Virus record (IMG/VR): IMGVR_UViG_2671180244_000004
Location: 32,001-96,000 of that record
Length of the DNA stretch: 64,000 nucleotides
Strand: one strand, 5' to 3'
Source: a virus
Lineage: Duplodnaviria > Caudoviricetes
Shown: one piece after another, positions 28,331-35,989 of the stretch
Position numbering within the stretch: the first letter of the stretch is position 1
How the letters are laid out: every line of letters begins with the position of its first letter
The notes under the pieces: model-generated
The model's database searches: none
What the model was told of the DNA's origin: nothing
Seen by the model: only the letters and a program-made list of their open reading frames with translations
Made by a program: the position numbers and the translations under genes

Positions 28331-28564
28331 TCAATCTCTCCTAAAGTCAGATTTATCAATATAAACAGCGTCTTTAATGTCGTCATAATGCTCTGCGTTC
28401 ATGACTTTATAAATATCAATACCAAGTTTATTTTCCAATTCACTTTTAGCATTTAGAACAATCATATTGTCCGCATTTATGCCATTTCTCATTTGGGGCA
28501 CACGTGCATCTGTTTTAATTTCCACGCCTTCTATAGTAAAAGTTACCTTAACTGTATTGTTCAT
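28331..28564 (-). CDS. hypothetical protein
   Basis: 77 aa, RBS AAGGAGAG. Confidence 0.7.
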   Translation of the reverse strand: MNNTVKVTFTIEGVEIKTDARVPQMRNGINADNMIVLNAKSELENKLGIDIYKVMNAEHYDDIKDAVYIDKSDFRRD

Positions 28565-28647
28565 AATAATCTCTCCTTGGTTTTCTTTTATTTTCCTTTA
28601 TCTATGTTTTTATTATAGCACAGCACATCCTAATCAACAACAATAAT

Positions 28648-28665
28648 ATATGTAATTTGTATTTT
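28648..28665. promoter_or_regulatory. SPBRE-like operator
   Basis: ATATGTAATTTGTATTTT upstream of a minus-strand promoter. Confidence 0.75.
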
Positions 28666-28715
28666 ATTTTTTCTGGAATTCTAAAGAAAAAAGGAGCATT
28701 AGCTCATGGTTTACA

Positions 28716-28733
28716 TTAAAAACATCATTTTAT
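28716..28733. repeat. 18-bp boundary palindrome
   Basis: TTAAAA-ACATCA-TTTTAT. Confidence 0.75.
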
Positions 28734-29001
28734 TTTGTCTGTAATCAATCATAAAGCACGTTACAGGATGCAACACGCTTTAAAAAGGTCTTTCCTTTAT
28801 GTTCTCAAGCTCAGTAATTTAATTTGTTGTTTAAGTATTCCTCTACGCTGCCACCAAAGCCTTTATACCCTTCTTCAAGTTCATCTAATATTTGCTCTTG
28901 ATCTGCCCAACCTTTAAACATAAAGTGCATGTTTGGTTTTGAAAATTCTTTTTTAATTATATCTCGCATATCTTACACCTCTTATATATGTAATTTATAA
29001 T

Positions 29002-29115
29002 TCATCCAGAATAAACAAATGCACAAAGCAACATTATGGCCAATACGCTAAATACTGCAATATTGATTAAATCATCTCGCCTCTTTAATAACCGCTCCTG
29101 GATTGTTTTCAACAT
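29002..29115 (-). CDS. small membrane peptide (37 aa)
   Basis: MLKTIQERLLKRRDDLINIAVFSVLAIMLLCAFVYSG; RBS AAGGAGTG. Confidence 0.55.
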   Translation of the reverse strand: MLKTIQERLLKRRDDLINIAVFSVLAIMLLCAFVYSG

Positions 29116-29148
29116 CTTCACTCCTTATAGTATATGTTATTTATTTGT

Positions 29149-29166
29149 TTAAAACTCATGTTTTAT
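29149..29166. repeat. 18-bp boundary palindrome
   Basis: TTAAAA-CTCATG-TTTTAT; ORF 29149-29454 ends in it. Confidence 0.78.
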
Positions 29167-29454
29167 CTTATTTTCATTCAAACGTATTATTTCTTCTGAT
29201 CCCTTTTTTTTAACTTTTATTACTCCGCCCCACATAGGTATATAAGGCATTCCATCTTCATATCGAATATTGTATCGATAATGTAATACAACACTTCCTG
29301 TTGCCAAATTCACTAATATCCACCTGCTGTCATCCCAGCTATGGTATTCGCCTTTTTCATTGTAGCTGCCTTGACTTATTTTATTTTCGACAACCATACA
29401 TTCTTGACCGTCTTTGAATACAAGAATATCTCCTTTGTTTGCGATACTAATCAT
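29149..29454 (-). CDS. hypothetical protein
   Basis: 101 aa ORF. Confidence 0.65.
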   Translation of the reverse strand: MISIANKGDILVFKDGQECMVVENKISQGSYNEKGEYHSWDDSRWILVNLATGSVVLHYRYNIRYEDGMPYIPMWGGVIKVKKKGSEEIIRLNENKIKHEF

Positions 29455-29484
29455 CCCCCTTTATTAAAAACAATTCCATTATGT

Positions 29485-29502
29485 ATAAAAGAAACATTTT
29501 AT
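29485..29502. repeat. 18-bp boundary palindrome
   Basis: ATAAAA-GAAACA-TTTTAT. Confidence 0.78.
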
Positions 29503-29509
29503 TTAACTT

Positions 29510-29755
29510 TCACTTTTCAAATTCATCAAGATCGATTCCATAAATGCTTTTAATCCAATCCTTGATTGTAAAATCCCACCCCCCAAGAAAACCATTCCAC
29601 GCTAGAACATCTCTAAACACTTCTGATTTGGACATTTCTAGAATTTCTTTATCCATGGAAGCGTCTTTTTTATCTAATCCCTCTCTTTGTCTTACATACT
29701 GAATAATGCTATTTGGATACTTTTCTTCTAACAGTTTTGTGTAATCCATTATCAT
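29510..29755 (-). CDS. hypothetical protein
   Basis: 81 aa, RBS GGAGAGG. Confidence 0.75.
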   Translation of the reverse strand: MIMDYTKLLEEKYPNSIIQYVRQREGLDKKDASMDKEILEMSKSEVFRDVLAWNGFLGGWDFTIKDWIKSIYGIDLDEFEK

Positions 29756-29771
29756 TTTCCTCTCCTTATGT

Positions 29772-29789
29772 AGAAAATCAACATTTTAT
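29772..29789. repeat. 18-bp boundary palindrome (variant left arm)
   Basis: AGAAAA-TCAACA-TTTTAT; upstream stop in the core. Confidence 0.6.
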
Positions 29790-29984
29790 TTCAAATACAT
29801 TTTCATCTTCCATCATTCGTTCATTTAAAAACTCTAACCCATGACTCATTATTTCTTCATCAGTTAAAGTTCTGGGGTCAATCGATGCTCCGTTTGTTTC
29901 TTTATATGTTTTTTTAAGATATTCTTTACCATACTCCAACAATGTATAGGTTCTTTCATCCACTGAATACTTTCTTTCTCTCAT
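29778..29984 (-). CDS. hypothetical protein
   Basis: 68 aa, RBS AAAGGG. Confidence 0.7.
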   Translation of the reverse strand: MRERKYSVDERTYTLLEYGKEYLKKTYKETNGASIDPRTLTDEEIMSHGLEFLNERMMEDENVFEIKC

Positions 29985-30037
29985 TTTTTACAACCCTTTC
30001 TGCATAAAATTAAAAGAGAGTTCTAAGCATCTCCTAT

Positions 30038-30247
30038 TTAACAGCAGTCGCAATCACTCTCTGGCTCCTCACATTCTTCGCATATTTTTTCTATATGAAA
30101 GCCCATAAAAGTGAACCAAGGATAACAATAATACACCTTTTCACAGTGACTACATTTTACGATCCCAGAGCTGTCTTTATCCATATTTTCGTTGACTTCT
30201 TTTTTGTTGCAGTATGGGCATATCTGCACTTTCTTCAAATCTTCCAT
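30038..30247 (-). CDS. Cys-rich Zn-finger protein
   Basis: CPYC, CSHC, CEEC..CDCC; RBS AAGGAGG. Confidence 0.75.
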   Translation of the reverse strand: MEDLKKVQICPYCNKKEVNENMDKDSSGIVKCSHCEKVYYCYPWFTFMGFHIEKICEECEEPESDCDCC

Positions 30248-30285
30248 TTCATATTTCCTCCTTATATTATGGTCTGAATAAAATT

Positions 30286-30303
30286 AGAAAATTAATGTTT
30301 TAT
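30286..30303. repeat. 18-bp boundary palindrome (variant, compound)
   Basis: AGAAAA-TTAATG-TTTTAT overlapping ATAAAA-TTAGAA at 30278. Confidence 0.6.
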
Positions 30304-30308
30304 CCAGA

Positions 30309-30614
30309 CTATAATGCTTGTCTTGCCAATGTAATTAATTTTTTTAAATCGTTCACCGAAATGTTCACTTCATCTTCATTGCAGTAGTCATTTAATTCTA
30401 TAGATAAATCGCTTAAACCCTTTTCACTTATATTAATAATTTTCTTCTGAGTATCCTGTATCACCAAATCTGATTCATAAAACCATACAACTTTTGAGAC
30501 CCCTTCTATCTCCACTCCGACATTGGATGTTCTATCAGAAAATTTCTTAACAATGCCATTGTTACCAGAATAGCAGTCATTTGAATTAATTAAGACTTTA
30601 TCATTTATGTTCAT
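30309..30614 (-). CDS. SH3/KOW-like hypothetical protein
   Basis: MNINDKVLINS..G..G.V pattern; RBS AAAGGA. Confidence 0.65.
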   Translation of the reverse strand: MNINDKVLINSNDCYSGNNGIVKKFSDRTSNVGVEIEGVSKVVWFYESDLVIQDTQKKIINISEKGLSDLSIELNDYCNEDEVNISVNDLKKLITLARQAL

Positions 30615-30633
30615 ATCGTCATTTCCTTTCTGC

Positions 30634-30651
30634 ATAAAATTAGAATTTTAT
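30634..30651. repeat. 18-bp boundary palindrome
   Basis: ATAAAA-TTAGAA-TTTTAT. Confidence 0.78.
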
Positions 30652-30693
30652 TTAATGTGAAGTAGTCCAACCTCCAACTTCACACTAAAACAG

Positions 30694-30948
30694 TTATTCT
30701 GATGATCCGTTAAACCAGTTAAAAAATGCTTTTGCTGGAATACGGTATACCGTGCCAATCTTATGTGCTGGGAACAATCCTTTTTTTACAAGATCGTATG
30801 CTTGTCTCTTTCCAATGCCCATATAATTCTGAATATCTTTTACTTCAAGTGCTTTCTTCTCAAGAATGCCTGTCAACGAATCCTTTTCCCCCACTTCTGT
30901 TTCACCTGTTATATAATTGCCACACATTTCACATTTAATTTTCTCCAT
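30694..30948 (-). CDS. excisionase-like (HTH_17) DNA-binding protein
   Basis: LEVKDIQNYMGIGKRQAYDLVKKGLFPAHKIGTVYRIP; RBS GGAGGAG. Confidence 0.8.
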   Translation of the reverse strand: MEKIKCEMCGNYITGETEVGEKDSLTGILEKKALEVKDIQNYMGIGKRQAYDLVKKGLFPAHKIGTVYRIPAKAFFNWFNGSSE

Positions 30949-30965
30949 TAAGAATTCTCCTCCGT

Positions 30966-30983
30966 TTAAAATATTCATTTTAT
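30966..30983. repeat. 18-bp boundary palindrome
   Basis: TTAAAA-TATTCA-TTTTAT, between the array promoter and the first RBS. Confidence 0.75.
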
Positions 30984-31004
30984 TTCGTTCTTTTCTACAT
31001 CTTT

Positions 31005-31033
31005 ATTATATATGTTATTTGTATATTAATCAA
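31005..31033 (-). promoter_or_regulatory. sigA promoter with SPBRE-like spacer
   Basis: TTGATT-aatatacaaataacata(17)-TATAAT. Confidence 0.75.
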
Positions 31034-31269
31034 TACTTTTTATATGTTATTTTTAATTTATTTGAGTATTTTATTACGTCCTATGAGGGGTTTGGGGTGG
31101 TGTAGGACGAAAGGGCAATTCAACTTGTTGAAGTGACCAAAGTCAGCACCCCAAGGTCTTATTTTCAGTCTATATATTATTTATAATTTTAACTTCTTTT
31201 CTTTTACGAGAGACCCCCTAATAACCCTTGTGGCTGTTGAGTTTTTAAAATGATTTATTGCTTTTGTTT

Positions 31270-32502
31270 TCATAGGTCATTTTCTAACCACTCGATTAAT
31301 AGACGTCTCATTCTAAATGATGGGATGTAAATGTTGATTGATTTGTTATTCCTTATTGCTGATCTCCATATCCATTGAATCATCTCTGATAATGCGTAAA
31401 TGTCTTGATCTATATTTATGTTATTCTGCTTAAAGAAATCATTAATAGCTGGATTAACAAATCTGTTGATTGAATAAACTAATGATTTCTTGTGACTGTA
31501 TTCATTAGTCGCTTTAATATTACACGCTAAGAATCCTTTAGTGTATCCTTTACCGCTCAACTTCCCTTTATGAGATTTAAAGGTTGTCCATAGGTTCTCA
31601 TTTGATTTAGACTTTATGATATTTTGGTAATAGTTTAAGATGTTGTTTTTTAACCGCTTATGTAACACTGTTCTACTTTCAAACCAATTTTTAGACAATG
31701 CGTAATAGTCGTCACCTACCTTGTTCAGATCTCCTTCGTAAATCTTTATCTTATTCTTCAAAGCAGCTTTAACCTTTTGGTCTAGGGATTCATTATGTTT
31801 AATTAATTTATAATTTTTACTTTCTTTTATGACTGATAACAATTCATATTCAATACCGTGTAAGTCAAAATAATACTTTTGAATCTGAGCATTAAACAAA
31901 TATGTTAACACGTACACCTCGTTAAACTTAGCAAAGACATCGCTAGGGAATTCCCAGAACAAAACAGATTCATTGTGATAGATTAGATTATCACTTTTGG
32001 CCAGCTTCTTTAATGTCTGGAACTCTCCTTTGTATTCCCTATTCAACTTTTCTTCATTCTCAGAGTTCCACAATATCTTTCCGTTGTTGTTAATGATCCA
32101 GTTGTTTTTAAATAACATATCTAAATCATCTTTAGAAATATTGAATTTCTTAATCACTTCCATTGCTTCATCAAGTACCAAAGTATAATTGCCTGAGTAA
32201 ATTAAATCTTTGGTTGTTTGATCAGACATGCTAAATAATGCGTGAGTTGCAACAATGTCCTTGTTTTCTGAAAGTAACTTATGAAAGGAATCAATTTTAT
32301 ATAATACTTCTCCCTTTTCTGTGTGAACCTTTGGCTCATAAAACTTTCTGTTGCTACATGACTTCTTAATTCTTGATACTTCATCCAGATATGGCGTGAT
32401 AAAAATGAAATGCTTATCTAAAGATGCTTCATTCATGTGATCAATCATTAGACTCGTTTTACCGCTGCCCATAATCGAATCAATAATTTTTACTTTTGAC
32501 AT
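31270..32502 (-). CDS. yonV: YonV-like SF2 helicase-type ATPase
   Basis: DSIMGSGKT, LVLDEA, QWIWRSAIR motifs; 410 aa from MSKVK. Confidence 0.8.
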   Translation of the reverse strand: MSKVKIIDSIMGSGKTSLMIDHMNEASLDKHFIFITPYLDEVSRIKKSCSNRKFYEPKVHTEKGEVLYKIDSFHKLLSENKDIVATHALFSMSDQTTKDLIYSGNYTLVLDEAMEVIKKFNISKDDLDMLFKNNWIINNNGKILWNSENEEKLNREYKGEFQTLKKLAKSDNLIYHNESVLFWEFPSDVFAKFNEVYVLTYLFNAQIQKYYFDLHGIEYELLSVIKESKNYKLIKHNESLDQKVKAALKNKIKIYEGDLNKVGDDYYALSKNWFESRTVLHKRLKNNILNYYQNIIKSKSNENLWTTFKSHKGKLSGKGYTKGFLACNIKATNEYSHKKSLVYSINRFVNPAINDFFKQNNINIDQDIYALSEMIQWIWRSAIRNNKSINIYIPSFRMRRLLIEWLENDL

Positions 32503-32550
32503 TCGTTCTCCTCTATTCAAAATTTTATGTATGGCGAGCTGAGCTACCGC

Positions 32551-32736
32551 TCACCGTTTAAAACATTTAAATACAAAGTAAGACAACCATGAAACAATAA
32601 GGATCAATGTAGCAATAGCATATGTCCAGTTAATGATGTGTTGTGCGCTGCTACTAAATAACCCTTTGATAAGCCAGAATACAATGAATGTGATACCGAA
32701 AGTGATTAGTGAGTACCATAATTGTTTATGCTGCAT
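32551..32736 (-). CDS. yoyJ: YoyJ-like membrane protein
   Basis: Two TM helices, downstream of yonT. Confidence 0.55.
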   Translation of the reverse strand: MQHKQLWYSLITFGITFIVFWLIKGLFSSSAQHIINWTYAIATLILIVSWLSYFVFKCFKR

Positions 32737-32741
32737 ATATG

Positions 32742-32990
32742 TTTACAAAGTGCTGTAAGGTGCTATAATATAGGTGACAAAGGGAGAAGTATCTCCCAAT
32801 GTCTAATGATGTTTATCGGCGTATACGTTGGCGTGTCCTTGTCCGAGGTCGCTTATGTGTACGCTTTTTCTTTTGGCTTATACTTTTAGTGATACTTACA
32901 ACCTTTTCAATAATCACAAGCATATTGATTAAGATTGTAGTAAGACTGATAAGTAAAGCCATTATTATAGTCACCTTTTCAAGCACTTTT
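32742..32990 (+). ncRNA. SR6-like antisense antitoxin RNA with promoter (3' end uncertain)
   Basis: TTTACA-16-(TG)cTATAAT promoter antisense to the yonT 3' end, as in SPbeta yonT/SR6. Confidence 0.55.
32813..32986 (-). CDS. yonT: type I toxin YonT
   Basis: MLEKVTIIMALLISLTTILINMLVIIEKV...RTRQRIRR (57 aa); TM plus basic tail; RBS AAGGAGGTG. Confidence 0.88.
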   Translation of the reverse strand: MLEKVTIIMALLISLTTILINMLVIIEKVVSITKSISQKKKRTHKRPRTRTRQRIRR

Positions 32991-33926
32991 GCACCTCCTT
33001 TCCATACTTATATTATAACATATAATCTCGCATATGTATGTAATTTGTTGTTTATTAATTGAATTTATTCATCTTTATTTTTGTGCTTATATTCGTTTGT
33101 GTGGTGTGTTGTATATGATTAGATAGATTGGTTGTGTGATTAATTTAAACCTTTGTATGAGGATGTGAGTGTGCTTAGAATTGATGTGGTGATGTGAGGA
33201 ATAGAATATAGATAGATGGATGCGTGTGTTATCTTAATTAATTGATATACGTTAGTTAGGTTAGACAATGTGAGAATGCTGATGTAACTAAATTTGATTA
33301 GATAGAATATTAAACATTAAAAAAATAACACTTCGATTTCCTGTCCCCTGTTATTCATACGAAGAGTTCCGCATAATGGAACAAACTTTCAAAATTACAT
33401 CATTTTTTTAAAAATTTTAAAATTTAATCCAATAAAGTATTGATTTTCCTAATAAATTGTGCATCAAGTCAGTTGCAAATAAAAAAGCAGACTCACAAAG
33501 GAATCTGCATTATAACTATAATTATAAGACGCATTCATAACCATCTATTACCATATGGAGGGGGTATATTAACATCCAAAACGCTAAAACAAAGAACAAA
33601 TGTGCCCATAGCACTTCCATTTCCACACCCTATAAATTTTATCGATTTCAGCCTATTTTCTATCGTACTTGCTATCGTAAACGCCTTATATATCAACGTT
33701 TCCCCCTTACTCTACTCACCCATTTTTCACGATTTCCTCTAAATTTACCCACTTTTCCTTACTCTCACAACAACTTTACGATCACACACGACTCATAATC
33801 ATTGAATAATCGCCAAATCCATTGCTATTACTGTGTTTTTTCTCCTTTTGACCAATTTTACGATATCGTCCTCAAAAATTTACGATAACAAAAAATGAGA
33901 CAGTCAATTGACCATCTCACCTGGTT

Positions 33927-35039
33927 TTATCCCTTTAATGATTTAAGTCTATCTAAGTAACTCCCCTTACTTACCTGTTTCTCATCCTTATTAGCTTTAG
34001 TCTGTTGCCTTAAAAATGCTGACTTTGAATTAAACTTTGGAACATATACCTCTTCTTTAACTGGTTCAACTTTTCTTGATTCAATCAGGTCATCTAATTG
34101 CTTCATCCTGTCGTTAATCCATCCTAGTCCACTTAAAATTGAAATCACTTGATTCTTACCAGTATCATAATACCCTTTAAATAAATCTAATGGTTCACCC
34201 TCACTGAAAAGTCTCTTAAAGCTAATCTGATCAGTTAAATCTGCATTGCCGTCTATAATAACACCAGCTTTAACTAATGAATCAAAAGTGTCTGCACTAT
34301 AAATGGATTGCTGCCATGACTGTTTAATATCACCATGAAGAGTGTTTGCGAATTTTCCTTTGTTATAATCAGATAAATCCATTTTTGATATCACTGTAAC
34401 ACCTGGAGTATTGAAAATTTGATTTAAGTCCTTTTTGTCTAATGTACTGTAGCTAGATGGAAGGTTTGTATACCCTTCAACCTCTTCAAGCATATCAATA
34501 AATTGTTTATTTACCTTTTGATATAGGATAGGCTCTGAGAACGATTTAATGCCTTTTTGAGACACTTTAAAATTGTCTAGTGGAATTACATTCAGTTGTT
34601 TTTCTGACAGTTCCTGAAGGCATTCAACGGTGTTCAATTGATTCAATATCACTTCACTTTGATCAGGAAGTACAGGTACAGCAACTACGGTCTTGTTATC
34701 CAAATATTCATCTAATAGTTCAATTAATGTCGGTGCGATTCCTGATCCTGTACCTCCTGCAGTTGAAAAGACAACAAACACAATTTGAATCGATGGTTTT
34801 TCCATTGCTTCTTTAATGAATTCAACAGATGATTCCCAATTATTTTTAAAGTATTTGATAGCTGCTTCCCTATCCTTTCCTACTCCCTCAGATCCTACTA
34901 GCTTCAGTTTGTCTTCAACAACTTCCAAACTATTTAAATCTGAGCTAGAGTAATTGACAGCAATACTGAAATATCCTCTTTTCATTGCTTCGTCTGCAAT
35001 GCTCCCACCACATTGGCCAATTCCAACAAATCCATACAT
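33927..35039 (-). CDS. tubulin/FtsZ-family GTPase (TubZ-like)
   Basis: GIGQCGG, GVGKD, AGGTGSG signatures, VLP motif, basic C-terminal tail. Confidence 0.88.
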   Translation of the reverse strand: MYGFVGIGQCGGSIADEAMKRGYFSIAVNYSSSDLNSLEVVEDKLKLVGSEGVGKDREAAIKYFKNNWESSVEFIKEAMEKPSIQIVFVVFSTAGGTGSGIAPTLIELLDEYLDNKTVVAVPVLPDQSEVILNQLNTVECLQELSEKQLNVIPLDNFKVSQKGIKSFSEPILYQKVNKQFIDMLEEVEGYTNLPSSYSTLDKKDLNQIFNTPGVTVISKMDLSDYNKGKFANTLHGDIKQSWQQSIYSADTFDSLVKAGVIIDGNADLTDQISFKRLFSEGEPLDLFKGYYDTGKNQVISILSGLGWINDRMKQLDDLIESRKVEPVKEEVYVPKFNSKSAFLRQQTKANKDEKQVSKGSYLDRLKSLKG

Positions 35040-35335
35040 TAAACCATTTCCCCTTCCAAATGATATTCTAAGGCCATAATTCCATATGAAGTAATTATGA
35101 ATTTATGGTGCTTGCTTGATGAGTCTCTTTCAATAAGTAGTAGTGCCTCTAATTTACTTAAAGCTGATCTTATAGTCGCTTCTGAAAATTGAGTGTCTAG
35201 TTTAACTGATTCGATCTTGAAGTCTTCTTTTGTCATTCCTTTTATTAGCCTGTTCGCTCCGCATTCTTGCAGCAATGTTAACAGTGATACATCATCAATA
35301 TTTAATCGAGCAACGACTTCATCAAAATATGCCAT
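35039..35335 (-). CDS. winged-helix DNA-binding protein (TubR-like)
   Basis: SEATIRSALSKLEALLLIER...FIITSYG; coupled to the tubulin gene. Confidence 0.7.
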   Translation of the reverse strand: MAYFDEVVARLNIDDVSLLTLLQECGANRLIKGMTKEDFKIESVKLDTQFSEATIRSALSKLEALLLIERDSSSKHHKFIITSYGIMALEYHLEGEMV

Positions 35336-35451
35336 ACTGCACCTCCACTGATAGAGTAACAAAAGTTATTCATATAGACAACTTTTTTTATCTAATTAAT
35401 TAATATTTGTTGAACATTTGAATAAACCCATTACATAATATAAAATTCTCA

Positions 35452-35691
35452 TTGGGTGATATTATGAAATATAAGGTTAGAAGCAATTTAAAGGACTACC
35501 TAAACTCTAAAGGTATTAAACAGAAGTGGCTGGCTGACCAAATAGGCACTAACTCCAGTAGAATTTCTATTTGGTGTAATAATAATGATGAAGGTTTCTG
35601 TCCTAATCCCCCTTCACTTCCTTACGCTCTAGCATTATGCAAAACGTTGGAATGCGAAATACATGATCTCTTCTCTATTATTGAAGACTGA
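35452..35691 (+). CDS. XRE-family HTH regulator (YonR-like)
   Basis: KQKWLADQIGTNSSRISIW HTH. Confidence 0.8.
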   Translation: MGDIMKYKVRSNLKDYLNSKGIKQKWLADQIGTNSSRISIWCNNNDEGFCPNPPSLPYALALCKTLECEIHDLFSIIED

Positions 35692-35710
35692 TTACTCAGT
35701 CTTTCTTAAT

Positions 35711-35765
35711 AAAATACAAATTACATTTATTTTATATTGACTAAAATACAAATTACATATACAAT
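35711..35765 (+). promoter_or_regulatory. yonP-yonO sigA promoter with two SPBRE-like operators
   Basis: AAAATACAAATTACAT at 35711 and TTGACT-aaaatacaaattacata-TACAAT at 35737-35765. Confidence 0.82.
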
Positions 35766-35797
35766 CACCTTATAGCAAATTGAAATGAGGTGATTTA

Positions 35798-35977
35798 TTG
35801 GAATTATGGATCAAGCAGGACATCATTGAACTACTTGAGTATCGAATTGTTAATGATATTGCTACTCAAGAAGAAAACATGTTTTATGAAGACTACAAAT
35901 GGTTTAACAAATTTGATGAGACTTCTAATGTGTTTAAAAGTCTAGTATTACATATTGAAAATGAAAATAACAAATAA
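35798..35977 (+). CDS. yonP: YonP-like small protein (59 aa)
   Basis: TTG start, RBS GAGGTGA, immediately upstream of yonO. Confidence 0.65.
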   Translation: MELWIKQDIIELLEYRIVNDIATQEENMFYEDYKWFNKFDETSNVFKSLVLHIENENNK

Positions 35978-35989
35978 AGGAGAGCGCTT

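Noticed and set aside
5755-30983. Boundary palindromes read as a CRISPR array or as terminators
   Set aside because: Spacing is gene-sized, there are no cas genes, and the arms are pure A/T with no GC stem
32799-33062. 87-aa plus-strand ORF
   Set aside because: Antisense to the recognisable yonT; this strand more likely makes the antitoxin RNA
33440-33742. 100-aa plus-strand ORF
   Set aside because: No RBS; lies in the skewed, repeat-containing non-coding region
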